Shown: in pieces, positions 8,866 to 16,683 of the stretch
How the letters are laid out: every line of letters begins with the position of its first letter
Numbering within the stretch: the first letter of the stretch is position 1
Virus record (IMG/VR): IMGVR_UViG_3300020365_000116
Location: 1-25,265 of that record
Direction: 5' to 3' (one strand)
Source: a virus
Taxonomy: Duplodnaviria; Caudoviricetes
DNA: 25,265 bases
Position numbers and translations under genes: made by a program
The notes under the pieces: model-generated
Databases searched by the model: none
Seen by the model: only the letters and a program-made list of their open reading frames with translations
What the model was told of the DNA's origin: nothing

Positions 8866-9360
8866 ATGCTCTCGTTCAAAGAGGTTGCATATAATTTCCA
8901 GAAACCAATCGCAGACCTAAATGCGAATGCAGTGACCGCTGGTCTTGGAACAATGAATCCAATTGTTGACCTTCAGGCGCAAAAAGAAATCACTAAATCT
9001 GATTTAGACCAACTAGAGAAGTACGCAGACAGATTGTTTGGTGCTGTTGGTATTGATGTCGAATTCACCAGACACTTCCTCGACAGGGTGAATGACGAAA
9101 GAAACAAGAAACAAATTACAACTGCCGAACTTACCAGACTTTTCAAACAATCGTTTAAGAAGTATGGAAAGAAAATAGCACAACTTGGGCCTGATGCCGA
9201 AGCGGTGCTAAACGATATGCGAACAGACGTAAATATGCCGTTTGCATTAAACCTCAAAGGGGGTGAGTTAGAACTTGTTGCGAAAACAATTATGCGTAAG
9301 AAGGACTTTAAAACTCGTAATACAAAACTTGCCTTTGAGCAATATAGGAGACTAAAATGA
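8866..9360 (+). CDS. Hypothetical protein with a FTRHFLDRVND...VAKTIMRK domain (possible BECR/RelE-like fold)
   Basis: 164 aa with CTS-like start MLSFKE. H-x-x-D-R helix plus a terminal beta strand ending in KT. Confidence 0.55.
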   Translation: MLSFKEVAYNFQKPIADLNANAVTAGLGTMNPIVDLQAQKEITKSDLDQLEKYADRLFGAVGIDVEFTRHFLDRVNDERNKKQITTAELTRLFKQSFKKYGKKIAQLGPDAEAVLNDMRTDVNMPFALNLKGGELELVAKTIMRKKDFKTRNTKLAFEQYRRLK

Positions 9361-9518
9361 TTAACTGGATTAAAAACAGAGTAGGTGAAAGGACTACATG
9401 GGATGGTGCAGTATGTGTTGCACTTGGTCTTATGATTCTTTTCATGGCACCTCTTGCAAAGATTGCTGCTGGTGTAGCAATTGCATGGGGATTGTGGACG
9501 ATGTGGAAATCTGAGTAA
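9357..9518 (+). CDS. Small two-TM membrane protein, holin-like (53 aa; not in the ORF track)
   Basis: MINWIKNRVGERTTWDGAVCVALGLMILFMAPLAKIAAGVAIAWGLWTMWKSE; AGGAG RBS; ATGA and TAATG coupling at its two ends. Confidence 0.7.
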   Translation: MINWIKNRVGERTTWDGAVCVALGLMILFMAPLAKIAAGVAIAWGLWTMWKSE

Positions 9519-9772
9519 TGAAATTACTGCGTATCATATTCTGGCCGCTTATCATGCTCAAAAATATCCTTGATGGAAATTGGTGGGCAGATAAGATAGG
9601 AGAAAAGTCTGGTGCATATGAGAAAGCACGAAACTCAAAGATGAGAGCTTGGGCAGACAGTTTGACAGGTTGGAAATGGTGGGCATGGCAAATCGGTGGA
9701 TGCGGTTTATTTTTTGTGGTTCTAGAACTACTAATTAATCAAATCGGTTTAACCATGTTGCCTTGGAGATAA
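9518..9772 (+). CDS. Trp-rich membrane protein
   Basis: 84 aa with hydrophobic N- and C-terminal segments; translationally coupled. Confidence 0.6.
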   Translation: MKLLRIIFWPLIMLKNILDGNWWADKIGEKSGAYEKARNSKMRAWADSLTGWKWWAWQIGGCGLFFVVLELLINQIGLTMLPWR

Positions 9773-9773
9773 A

Positions 9774-10160
9774 ATGATTAGATTATATGCAATTATATTC
9801 ATAGTCGCATTACTTGGCGGTGCAGCATACGCCGCCAAGTATTACTACGATACAACGCAGGCAACCATTGCACAATTGCGTGAGAACAACGCAAAGTTAG
9901 AGGTTGCAAACGAAGAGAACCAAGCGACTATCACAAAGATGACAGAAAACAATATAAGGTTAAACGCACTGACTGACCAACTGAATAAGGACTTGAGAAA
10001 GTCAGAAGAGTATGGAGATGAGTTGCGTGAGACACTAAACAAACACAATCTAACCCACCTTGCAAACAAGAAGCCTGGGTTAATTGAAAAGAGGATGCAA
10101 AATGCGACAGATAAACTTTGGGATGACCTTGAGTCTGTTACTGACGACACTACTGATTAG
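9774..10160 (+). CDS. i-spanin (Rz-like)
   Basis: N-terminal TM helix followed by a long coiled coil; its 3' end overlaps a lipoprotein gene. Confidence 0.7.
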   Translation: MIRLYAIIFIVALLGGAAYAAKYYYDTTQATIAQLRENNAKLEVANEENQATITKMTENNIRLNALTDQLNKDLRKSEEYGDELRETLNKHNLTHLANKKPGLIEKRMQNATDKLWDDLESVTDDTTD

Positions 10161-10497
10161 TGGATGCGTTGGGTTTAAACCAGAAAAAGAAATTGTTACG
10201 GTAACAAAACTTGTAGAGAGACAGATACCAACTGTGCCTCATCCTAAACAAGTACGGATGAATGACGTTAAGATATATGTAGTGTCACCATCTGAAAATT
10301 TTGAGGAATTCAAAAAAGAGTTTGAAGCAAAGAACGGTGCAGATTCATATATCGCAATATCTGTCAAAGATTATGAAAACCTATCAAAGAACTTTGCAGA
10401 ACTGAGAAGGTATATTGAACAACAAAAACAAATTATACTCTACTATGAGGAGGCGGTAAAACCGTCAGAGGAGAAGATAGATGGAACAGATGGTTAA
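10102..10497 (+). CDS. o-spanin (Rz1-like) lipoprotein
   Basis: ATG 10102 with GAGGA RBS; signal MRQINFGMTLSLLLTTLLISG-C (lipobox); Pro-rich stretch; overlaps the i-spanin in another frame. Confidence 0.7.
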   Translation: MRQINFGMTLSLLLTTLLISGCVGFKPEKEIVTVTKLVERQIPTVPHPKQVRMNDVKIYVVSPSENFEEFKKEFEAKNGADSYIAISVKDYENLSKNFAELRRYIEQQKQIILYYEEAVKPSEEKIDGTDG

Positions 10498-11086
10498 TAT
10501 TGTTATTGATTTAGCAGTAACATGGTGGCAGTTTACTGTAGTTGGTATACTAATTGCAGTAGGATTCATTATCAATATGTTTGGTGTGGACAACAAACAC
10601 AAAAGAATAGGATTTGAATATAATGTCATGCCACAATTAAGACCAATCCCAATCCCAACCGCAGGCAAAGGATTTTGGAGTGCGATTTGGATGTGGTTAA
10701 CTGGTACTCGACATTGGGAAGTCGCAGACGATTGGTCGTTTACCATCATGGGAGAGAAGTATATTATTCCACAGGGATTTAAGTTTGATGGTGCATCAAT
10801 ACCCAAGTTCCTACACACATGGTTATCACCGACAGGTGTTCTTCTTATGGGTGGACTTGTACACGATTATGCATACAAATATGAAACTCTACTTAAATCT
10901 GGTCAGAAAGAAACAATGGGTAAGATTACCCAGAAACAAGCAGACCAGATATTCAGAGATATCAATATTGAACAAAATGGTTTTCACTTTTTGAACTATC
11001 TTGCATACTGGGCATTAAGAGTTGGTGGTTTTGTTGCGTGGAATGGTCACAGAAAGAGAAATGAAGAGGTTGTGGTTAGTAAATAA
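10481..11086 (+). CDS. DUF1353-family protein with an N-terminal TM helix
   Basis: Motifs IPQGFKFDGASIP, LVHDYAY, ADQIF and AYWALRVGG. Confidence 0.75.
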   Translation: MEQMVNIVIDLAVTWWQFTVVGILIAVGFIINMFGVDNKHKRIGFEYNVMPQLRPIPIPTAGKGFWSAIWMWLTGTRHWEVADDWSFTIMGEKYIIPQGFKFDGASIPKFLHTWLSPTGVLLMGGLVHDYAYKYETLLKSGQKETMGKITQKQADQIFRDINIEQNGFHFLNYLAYWALRVGGFVAWNGHRKRNEEVVVSK

Positions 11087-11089
11087 TTC

Positions 11090-11146
11090 TGACAGGTGGA
11101 ACTGTCAAATTATTACTTTAGTCAAAGTTTTGACAAACCCTAAATA
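11090..11146 (+). promoter_or_regulatory. Two TGAC/GTCA palindromes followed by a CTAAATA late-promoter variant
   Basis: TGACAG-N6-CTGTCA (11090-11107), GTCAAA-GT-TTTGAC (11121-11134) and CTAAATA (11140-11146) in one intergenic gap. Confidence 0.55.
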
Positions 11147-11162
11147 ATAATGGAGAAAAATT

Positions 11163-11615
11163 ATGGCTAAAATTAGTGACAATACCGAAGTAGCATTACC
11201 GTTAAGAAATATCCTTTCAATGATTGCTGGTGCTTCCATCGCCACATGGGCGTACTTTGGTATCGTTGAGCGACTAAATCAGATAGAGACTCAACAAACG
11301 ATGATGAATAATGATGTCACCATGAACACAGAATTTAGGATTAAATGGCCTAGAGGAGAGATGGGCTCACTACCAGCAGATAGTGAACAGTTCATGTTGA
11401 TAGAACACCTTGCAGGCGAGTTGGAAAAACTCACAACTGAAATTGAAAGTGGACAAGCACCTTTTGACCAACAACAAAAGTTGACATTAGAATTTTATGA
11501 AAAACGCATCAATCAACTTGAAGAGGCACTAGAAAAAGTTAAAGATGATATGATGGATATGGTACATGAACAAAGAGGAATCAAGAATGGCACAAGTAGT
11601 CATTCTAACCATTAA
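11163..11615 (+). CDS. Membrane-anchored coiled-coil hypothetical protein
   Basis: GGAG RBS; one TM helix near the N-terminus; coiled-coil C-terminus. Confidence 0.7.
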   Translation: MAKISDNTEVALPLRNILSMIAGASIATWAYFGIVERLNQIETQQTMMNNDVTMNTEFRIKWPRGEMGSLPADSEQFMLIEHLAGELEKLTTEIESGQAPFDQQQKLTLEFYEKRINQLEEALEKVKDDMMDMVHEQRGIKNGTSSHSNH

Positions 11616-11629
11616 AGAAAGATAGACAA

Positions 11630-11872
11630 ATGACAGCAGTAGAGTTCGTACTTTTATTGTATGTATCTGGTGGTAATTTAATAGAATATACAGTTCGTGA
11701 TGGTTTAACGGAGTGTTTAAAAACAAAGAGAACTATGGAAAGAAATATGACACTTGACCCAAATTCAGAAGCTGGTGCAAGAATAAGTTGTCAAAAACTT
11801 TCAGTCGTGATTGATGAGAACGGTAACATCCTTGAGTTTACTGAAGGGTTGCCTGGAAAGGGAGGCAAGTAA
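11630..11872 (+). CDS. Small hypothetical protein with two Cys
   Basis: 80 aa ORF in operon context. Confidence 0.6.
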   Translation: MTAVEFVLLLYVSGGNLIEYTVRDGLTECLKTKRTMERNMTLDPNSEAGARISCQKLSVVIDENGNILEFTEGLPGKGGK

Positions 11873-12316
11873 TTGTCTGTGGAAACTGAAATAGCATTGT
11901 TGAAAAGAGAAGTGACGGATATGAAACAAATTCATGTCCGTCTTGATTCTGCTATTGAAAAAATTGCTGAGGTTTCCAGTTCATTACATACAATCATGGC
12001 AGTGCATGAAGAGAAGTTAATTAGACAGGAGGAGGCATTGGACGAACAAGAGAAAAAACTTACCGAAAATATAATGGAGTTACATTCTCGCATTACGTCC
12101 AACGCAAAGGAAACTCATAAGTCTATGGGTGACATGGAACGAAGACTTGTCGAACAGATGAATGCACACAGTAAAATTGAGGAAGAACATTTTCGTAAGA
12201 TGCGTGAAGAATTGTCGCAGAGGGTTGGTGTTCTAGAGAAGTGGAGATGGCTCATCATTGGTGGGTCAATCGTCATAGGGTTTATTCTACAAAAGGTCTT
12301 GACATTCCCTATGTAA
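11873..12316 (+). CDS. Coiled-coil protein with a C-terminal TM helix (T4-like conserved gene upstream of primase)
   Basis: TTG start with GGAGG RBS; ends in LEKWRWLIIGG followed by the TM segment. Confidence 0.7.
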   Translation: MSVETEIALLKREVTDMKQIHVRLDSAIEKIAEVSSSLHTIMAVHEEKLIRQEEALDEQEKKLTENIMELHSRITSNAKETHKSMGDMERRLVEQMNAHSKIEEEHFRKMREELSQRVGVLEKWRWLIIGGSIVIGFILQKVLTFPM

Positions 12317-12327
12317 ATGTATATACT
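12299..12327 (+). promoter_or_regulatory. sigma70-type promoter for the primase gene
   Basis: TTGACA (12299-12304), 17-nt spacer, TATACT (12322-12327). Confidence 0.75.
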
Positions 12328-12334
12328 CTGTTCT

Positions 12335-13345
12335 ATGAGTATGTACATAGACCTTAAATATCTTAATCTAATATCACACAGGTTACAACGGTTCAAGAAG
12401 AAGAGTGATTATCTCTGGAACTTTCGTTGTCCATACTGTGGTGATTCCAAAAAGAGTCAATCGAAAGCGAGAGGGTTTGTCTTTCGTAAGAAGAGTGATT
12501 TGTTCTACAAGTGTCACAACTGTAGTATGGGAACTAATTTATCTAATTTGATAAAACACATCGACTCTAAGGTTCATGATGACTATATATTAGAACGGTA
12601 CAAGGAAGGTCACACCGCTACAGGTAGGGGTGGCCATGTCGAGAACCCAAAATTCGATATACCGAAACCTGTCTTTAATCAGAAAGGTATCTTCAAGAAT
12701 GTCAAAAGTTTTAGGGAAATTGGAAAAGAGCATCCTGCTTATCGGTTCATTGAAGACCGAAGAATTCCTAATGATAATGATATCTATCTGGTCAATCAGT
12801 TTTATTCTTGGACTAACCAGTTAGTTCCAAATAAGTTTCCCACCTTGGATGGTGACCACCCAAGGATGGTGATTCCGTTTCGTGATTCCAATGGTGATAT
12901 ATTCGCATACCAAGGGAGAGCGTTTGGAAGAGAGAAACCAAAGTACATCACCATCATTCTTGATGAAAATGTACCTAAAATATTCGGACTTGATAGGGTT
13001 GACACTAATAGGGATATTTTTGTCGTGGAAGGCCCTATTGATAGTCTTTTTATACCAAACTGTATTGCGGTTGCTCAGAGTGATTTGCGTGTACCTCAAT
13101 ACAAAGACAAGGCAGTTCTTGTTCCAGATAACGAACCAAGGAACAGGGAAGTAATTAAACAAATAGAGAAGGCGATTGATGAAGATTATAGGATAGTGGT
13201 GTGGCCTGATTATGTGCGACAAAAGGACATTAACGATATGATATTGTCTGGAATGGACGCTTCAGAGATTATGGATATTATACATACTAACACCTTCCAA
13301 GGATTATCAGCAAAGGTTGCCCTTCAGACATGGAAAAAAATATAG
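12335..13345 (+). CDS. gp61: T4-like DNA primase gp61
   Basis: Zn finger NFRCPYCGDS...YKCHNC, TOPRIM VEGPIDSLF, DNEPRN and KDINDM. Start placed at ATG 12335 because ATG 12317 lies inside the promoter spacer. Confidence 0.95.
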   Translation: MSMYIDLKYLNLISHRLQRFKKKSDYLWNFRCPYCGDSKKSQSKARGFVFRKKSDLFYKCHNCSMGTNLSNLIKHIDSKVHDDYILERYKEGHTATGRGGHVENPKFDIPKPVFNQKGIFKNVKSFREIGKEHPAYRFIEDRRIPNDNDIYLVNQFYSWTNQLVPNKFPTLDGDHPRMVIPFRDSNGDIFAYQGRAFGREKPKYITIILDENVPKIFGLDRVDTNRDIFVVEGPIDSLFIPNCIAVAQSDLRVPQYKDKAVLVPDNEPRNREVIKQIEKAIDEDYRIVVWPDYVRQKDINDMILSGMDASEIMDIIHTNTFQGLSAKVALQTWKKI

Positions 13346-13355
13346 GAGATAGAAA

Positions 13356-15161
13356 ATGCAAACAGCAGAGATTGTGGAGTTCCCAATGGTGACGGACTCA
13401 AAATATCTAGGTATTAACGTAGATTTCACTAGAGATAAAACCTTATCAGAACAAGCAGAAAAATTGTTAAAAGATTATTATTGTATAGAGGGTGAGTTTA
13501 GTCCACAACAAGCGTTTGCAAGAGCATCAGTTGCATATTCATATGGAGATATGCAACTCGCACAAAGAATTTACGATTACGTTTCAAAGGGGTGGTTCAT
13601 GTTTGCATCACCTGTATTATCAAATGCACCTTTGCCTGGACAGAAGGTAAAGGCGTTACCCATTTCTTGTTTTCTAACTTATGTTCCAGATTCATTAGAA
13701 GGTCTTATTGACCATACAGCGGAACTAAGATGGCTTTCTGTAAAGGGTGGTGGTGTCGGTGGTCACTGGTCAGATGTACGAGCAGTATCCGACAAAGCGC
13801 CAGGCCCAATGCCGTTTCTGCACACAGTTGATGCAGACATGACAGCATACAGACAGGGTAAGACAAGGAAAGGTTCTTATGCTGCGTATATGGATGTATC
13901 ACATCCAGACATCATTGAATTCTTAAACATGAGAGTTCCTACAGGTGATGTTAATCGTAAGAACCTTAACTTGCACCATGCAGTAAATGTAACTGACGAT
14001 TTCATGAGAGCAGTTGAAAGAAACGAGTGGTGGGATTTAAAAGACCCCAATGACGATACAGTTCGTGAGACAATGAGAGCAAGGAAGTTATGGGAACAAA
14101 TTCTAGAGGTAAGATATCGTACAGGTGAACCATATCTAAACTTTATTGACACTGCTAATCGTGCGTTACCTCAAACTCAAAAGGACAAAGGATTAAGAAT
14201 TCATGGTTCAAACCTATGTAACGAAATTCATCTTCCAACTTCAGACGATAGGACTGCTGTATGTTGTCTTTCTTCAGTCAATGTTGAGTTGTTTGAAGAT
14301 TGGAAAAAGACAACAATGATTCGTGACCTTGTTCGATTCTTGGACAATGTGTTACAGTTCTTTATTGACAATGCACCAGATGAAATTAGTCGTGCGAGAT
14401 TTTCTGCTGAACAGGAAAGGTCACTTGGTCTTGGTGCAATGGGATGGCACTCATTCTTAAACAAGAAGAGAATTCCTTTTGATTCATCTCAAGCAGATGT
14501 ATGGAATGCAGTTGTGTTCCAACACATTCAAAAAGAAGCGATTGAGGAAAGTAATAGATTGGGTATGATAAAAGGAGAGGCACCAGATATGGAAGGTACT
14601 GGTAGACGCAATGCACATCTACTTGCAATCGCTCCGAATGCAAACAGTTCTATTATCTGTGGTACTTCACCATCTATCGAACCACTGAAGGCAAATGCAT
14701 ATACGCACAGGACTCGTGCTGGTTCGCATCTTGTAAAGAACAAGTATCTTGCAGAAGAACTTGAGAAGGTCGATAAGAACACTGATAAGGTATGGCAAGA
14801 TATTATCACTAATGGTGGTTCTGTACAACATCTTAAATTCTTAAAGGACGATGTAAAAGAAGTTTTCAAAACAGCAATCGAACTTGACCAGAATATACTG
14901 GTGAAACAAGGTGGTGACAGACAAAGATTCCTATGTCAAGGTCAATCACTGAATCTGTTCTTTCCTGCTGGTGCAACAAAGAAGTATCTACACCAAGTGC
15001 ATATGAACGCATGGAAAAGTGGTTGTAAGGGTCTTTATTATTTGAGAACTGAAACAGGTCAACGTGCAGAGAACGTGTCAGAGAAGGTAGAAAGAAACGC
15101 ATTGAAAGATTACGAAACACAAGCGATGTCACAGGAAGAGTGTGTGGCGTGTCAAGGTTGA
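13356..15161 (+). CDS. nrdA: Class I ribonucleotide reductase alpha subunit (short form, no ATP-cone)
   Basis: PISCF, GSNLCNEI, AIAPNANSS, YYLR and a C-terminal CVACQG. Confidence 0.96.
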   Translation: MQTAEIVEFPMVTDSKYLGINVDFTRDKTLSEQAEKLLKDYYCIEGEFSPQQAFARASVAYSYGDMQLAQRIYDYVSKGWFMFASPVLSNAPLPGQKVKALPISCFLTYVPDSLEGLIDHTAELRWLSVKGGGVGGHWSDVRAVSDKAPGPMPFLHTVDADMTAYRQGKTRKGSYAAYMDVSHPDIIEFLNMRVPTGDVNRKNLNLHHAVNVTDDFMRAVERNEWWDLKDPNDDTVRETMRARKLWEQILEVRYRTGEPYLNFIDTANRALPQTQKDKGLRIHGSNLCNEIHLPTSDDRTAVCCLSSVNVELFEDWKKTTMIRDLVRFLDNVLQFFIDNAPDEISRARFSAEQERSLGLGAMGWHSFLNKKRIPFDSSQADVWNAVVFQHIQKEAIEESNRLGMIKGEAPDMEGTGRRNAHLLAIAPNANSSIICGTSPSIEPLKANAYTHRTRAGSHLVKNKYLAEELEKVDKNTDKVWQDIITNGGSVQHLKFLKDDVKEVFKTAIELDQNILVKQGGDRQRFLCQGQSLNLFFPAGATKKYLHQVHMNAWKSGCKGLYYLRTETGQRAENVSEKVERNALKDYETQAMSQEECVACQG

Positions 15162-15436
15162 GTTTAACAGACAGTGCAAAAGAATACTTACTGAAGGTTG
15201 GGAAACCAAATGTATCACTATCAGTAAAGGGTGGTGGTTGTTCTGGTTTTCAATATGAATGGGGGGTTACTGATAAAGAACCAACCGTTGGTAATCTTTG
15301 GTTAGACCCAATGGCAGAGATGTTTGTCTTTGGTTGTACTGTCGATTATGTAGAAGAATTAGGTGGGTCTTATCTCAAGGTCGTAAATCCTAATGCCACT
15401 GCATCATGTGGGTGTGGTGAGAGTTTTGCAGTATAG
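15158..15436 (+). CDS. iscA: HesB/IscA-family Fe-S cluster assembly (A-type carrier) protein
   Basis: VKGGGCSGFQY and NPNATASCGCGESF. Probable TTG start at 15158 overlapping the nrdA TGA. Confidence 0.9.
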   Translation: MSLTDSAKEYLLKVGKPNVSLSVKGGGCSGFQYEWGVTDKEPTVGNLWLDPMAEMFVFGCTVDYVEELGGSYLKVVNPNATASCGCGESFAV

Positions 15437-15445
15437 GAGATTATT

Positions 15446-16510
15446 ATGCCGCCTAGAAACCATAAGAATTGGAGTAAAACGCCTAAAGTAGAATACATCT
15501 CTAGTGAATGTTATAATAACAACGAAATATTCCAAAGAGAGATAGAAGAAATATTTGCAAAGGTATGGGTGCCTGTTTGTCACATGAGTGAACTTCCAAC
15601 TGTTGGATGCTACAGAACATCACAGATTGCATTTCAAAATGTCATAGTATGGAACACTGGTGAAACCGTGAAAGCATTTTTAAACCACGGCCCGCAGATG
15701 CCATCTGGTAAATTGTGGAATGACGAAACCTTTGGTAAGGAACTGCATTGTGAAGTGAAACACGGACAGATGATTTGGGTTACACTTAATCCAGACCCAG
15801 ATATGACTGTAGACCAATGGACTGCTGGTGCATTTGATTGTATCGAAGATGCGATTGATACAGAGGAACTAGAGGTCTTTCATTATCACAAGGCAATCAT
15901 AGACACAAACTACAAATTGTGGCATGATACTAACAGTGAGTTCTATCATGACTTCATGCACTATTTCAATCGTGTGAGTGGATTCAATGATGAGTATTTT
16001 GCAAGAAAGAATATTCCTTTTGATAATGGTCATGTGAACGTCAGTTCGTTTACAGTGAACTACGAAGAGTATGAGGGGTTTGATGACAGGGGTGAGTTAT
16101 CGTTTCCAAATCTACCACCAAACCAGTGGTACATGGTTGACCTCTTCCCAGGCTTCAACTTCAACCTAAGAGGAAGTGCATATCGGTCAGATAGTGTAAC
16201 ACCACTTGGGCCAAACCAAGTCATGATTGAGTTCAGAGGATATGGACTGAAGAGTGATACAAAAGAAGAAAGACAGACTCGTATCAAACATCACAATTCG
16301 ATATGGGGGCCTTTCGGTAGAAACCTTCACGAAGATTTGATTGGTGTCGCTGGACAAGGTACAACGATGCGTGAGGGTACAGAGAAAAGAAACATTCTAC
16401 ATGGTAGACATGAGAATGGAACTATCCACGATGAAGTGGGTATGAGACATTATTATGGTGCATGGGGTGATATGTTGGGGGTAAACCCAGAAAGGCCGTT
16501 AGCAGCATGA
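15446..16510 (+). CDS. Ring-hydroxylating oxygenase alpha-subunit homologue, closest by recall to methanesulfonate monooxygenase MsmA; lacks the Rieske Cys/His ligands
   Basis: N-terminal EEIFAKVWVPVCHMSELP..G.Y; mononuclear Fe motif NYKLWHDTNSEFYHDFMH; distal RNLHED; DEVGMRHYY..W. No CxH...CxxH motif is present. Confidence 0.8.
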   Translation: MPPRNHKNWSKTPKVEYISSECYNNNEIFQREIEEIFAKVWVPVCHMSELPTVGCYRTSQIAFQNVIVWNTGETVKAFLNHGPQMPSGKLWNDETFGKELHCEVKHGQMIWVTLNPDPDMTVDQWTAGAFDCIEDAIDTEELEVFHYHKAIIDTNYKLWHDTNSEFYHDFMHYFNRVSGFNDEYFARKNIPFDNGHVNVSSFTVNYEEYEGFDDRGELSFPNLPPNQWYMVDLFPGFNFNLRGSAYRSDSVTPLGPNQVMIEFRGYGLKSDTKEERQTRIKHHNSIWGPFGRNLHEDLIGVAGQGTTMREGTEKRNILHGRHENGTIHDEVGMRHYYGAWGDMLGVNPERPLAA

Positions 16511-16680
16511 CACTAAAACAAAACCGTTACATCAAAATGAGGATGGAACAACTAAAAGAAGATATGGAAAAGGCACATGATGACCACGATAAAAAATGGT
16601 ACAACAGGTGCATACAAGAACTAGATTGGGTTTTACAGATGAAAGAGAAACCCAATCACAACTGTTACATGGAGAAATAA
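16507..16680 (+). CDS. Small helical hypothetical protein (57 aa; not in the ORF track)
   Basis: MTLKQNRYIKMRMEQLKEDMEKAHDDHDKKWYNRCIQELDWVLQMKEKPNHNCYMEK; ATGA-coupled; fills the gap before nrdB. Confidence 0.65.
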   Translation: MTLKQNRYIKMRMEQLKEDMEKAHDDHDKKWYNRCIQELDWVLQMKEKPNHNCYMEK

Positions 16681-16683
16681 AAA

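Noticed and set aside
11102-11124. Pho box suggested by CTGTCA
   Set aside because: There is no 11-bp-period direct repeat, and no convincing Pho box upstream of the Na/Pi transporter either.
15446-16510. Calling the oxygenase a pseudogene
   Set aside because: The frame is intact, with a strong RBS, conserved catalytic ligands, a clean in-frame loss of only the cluster loop, and coupling to the next gene.
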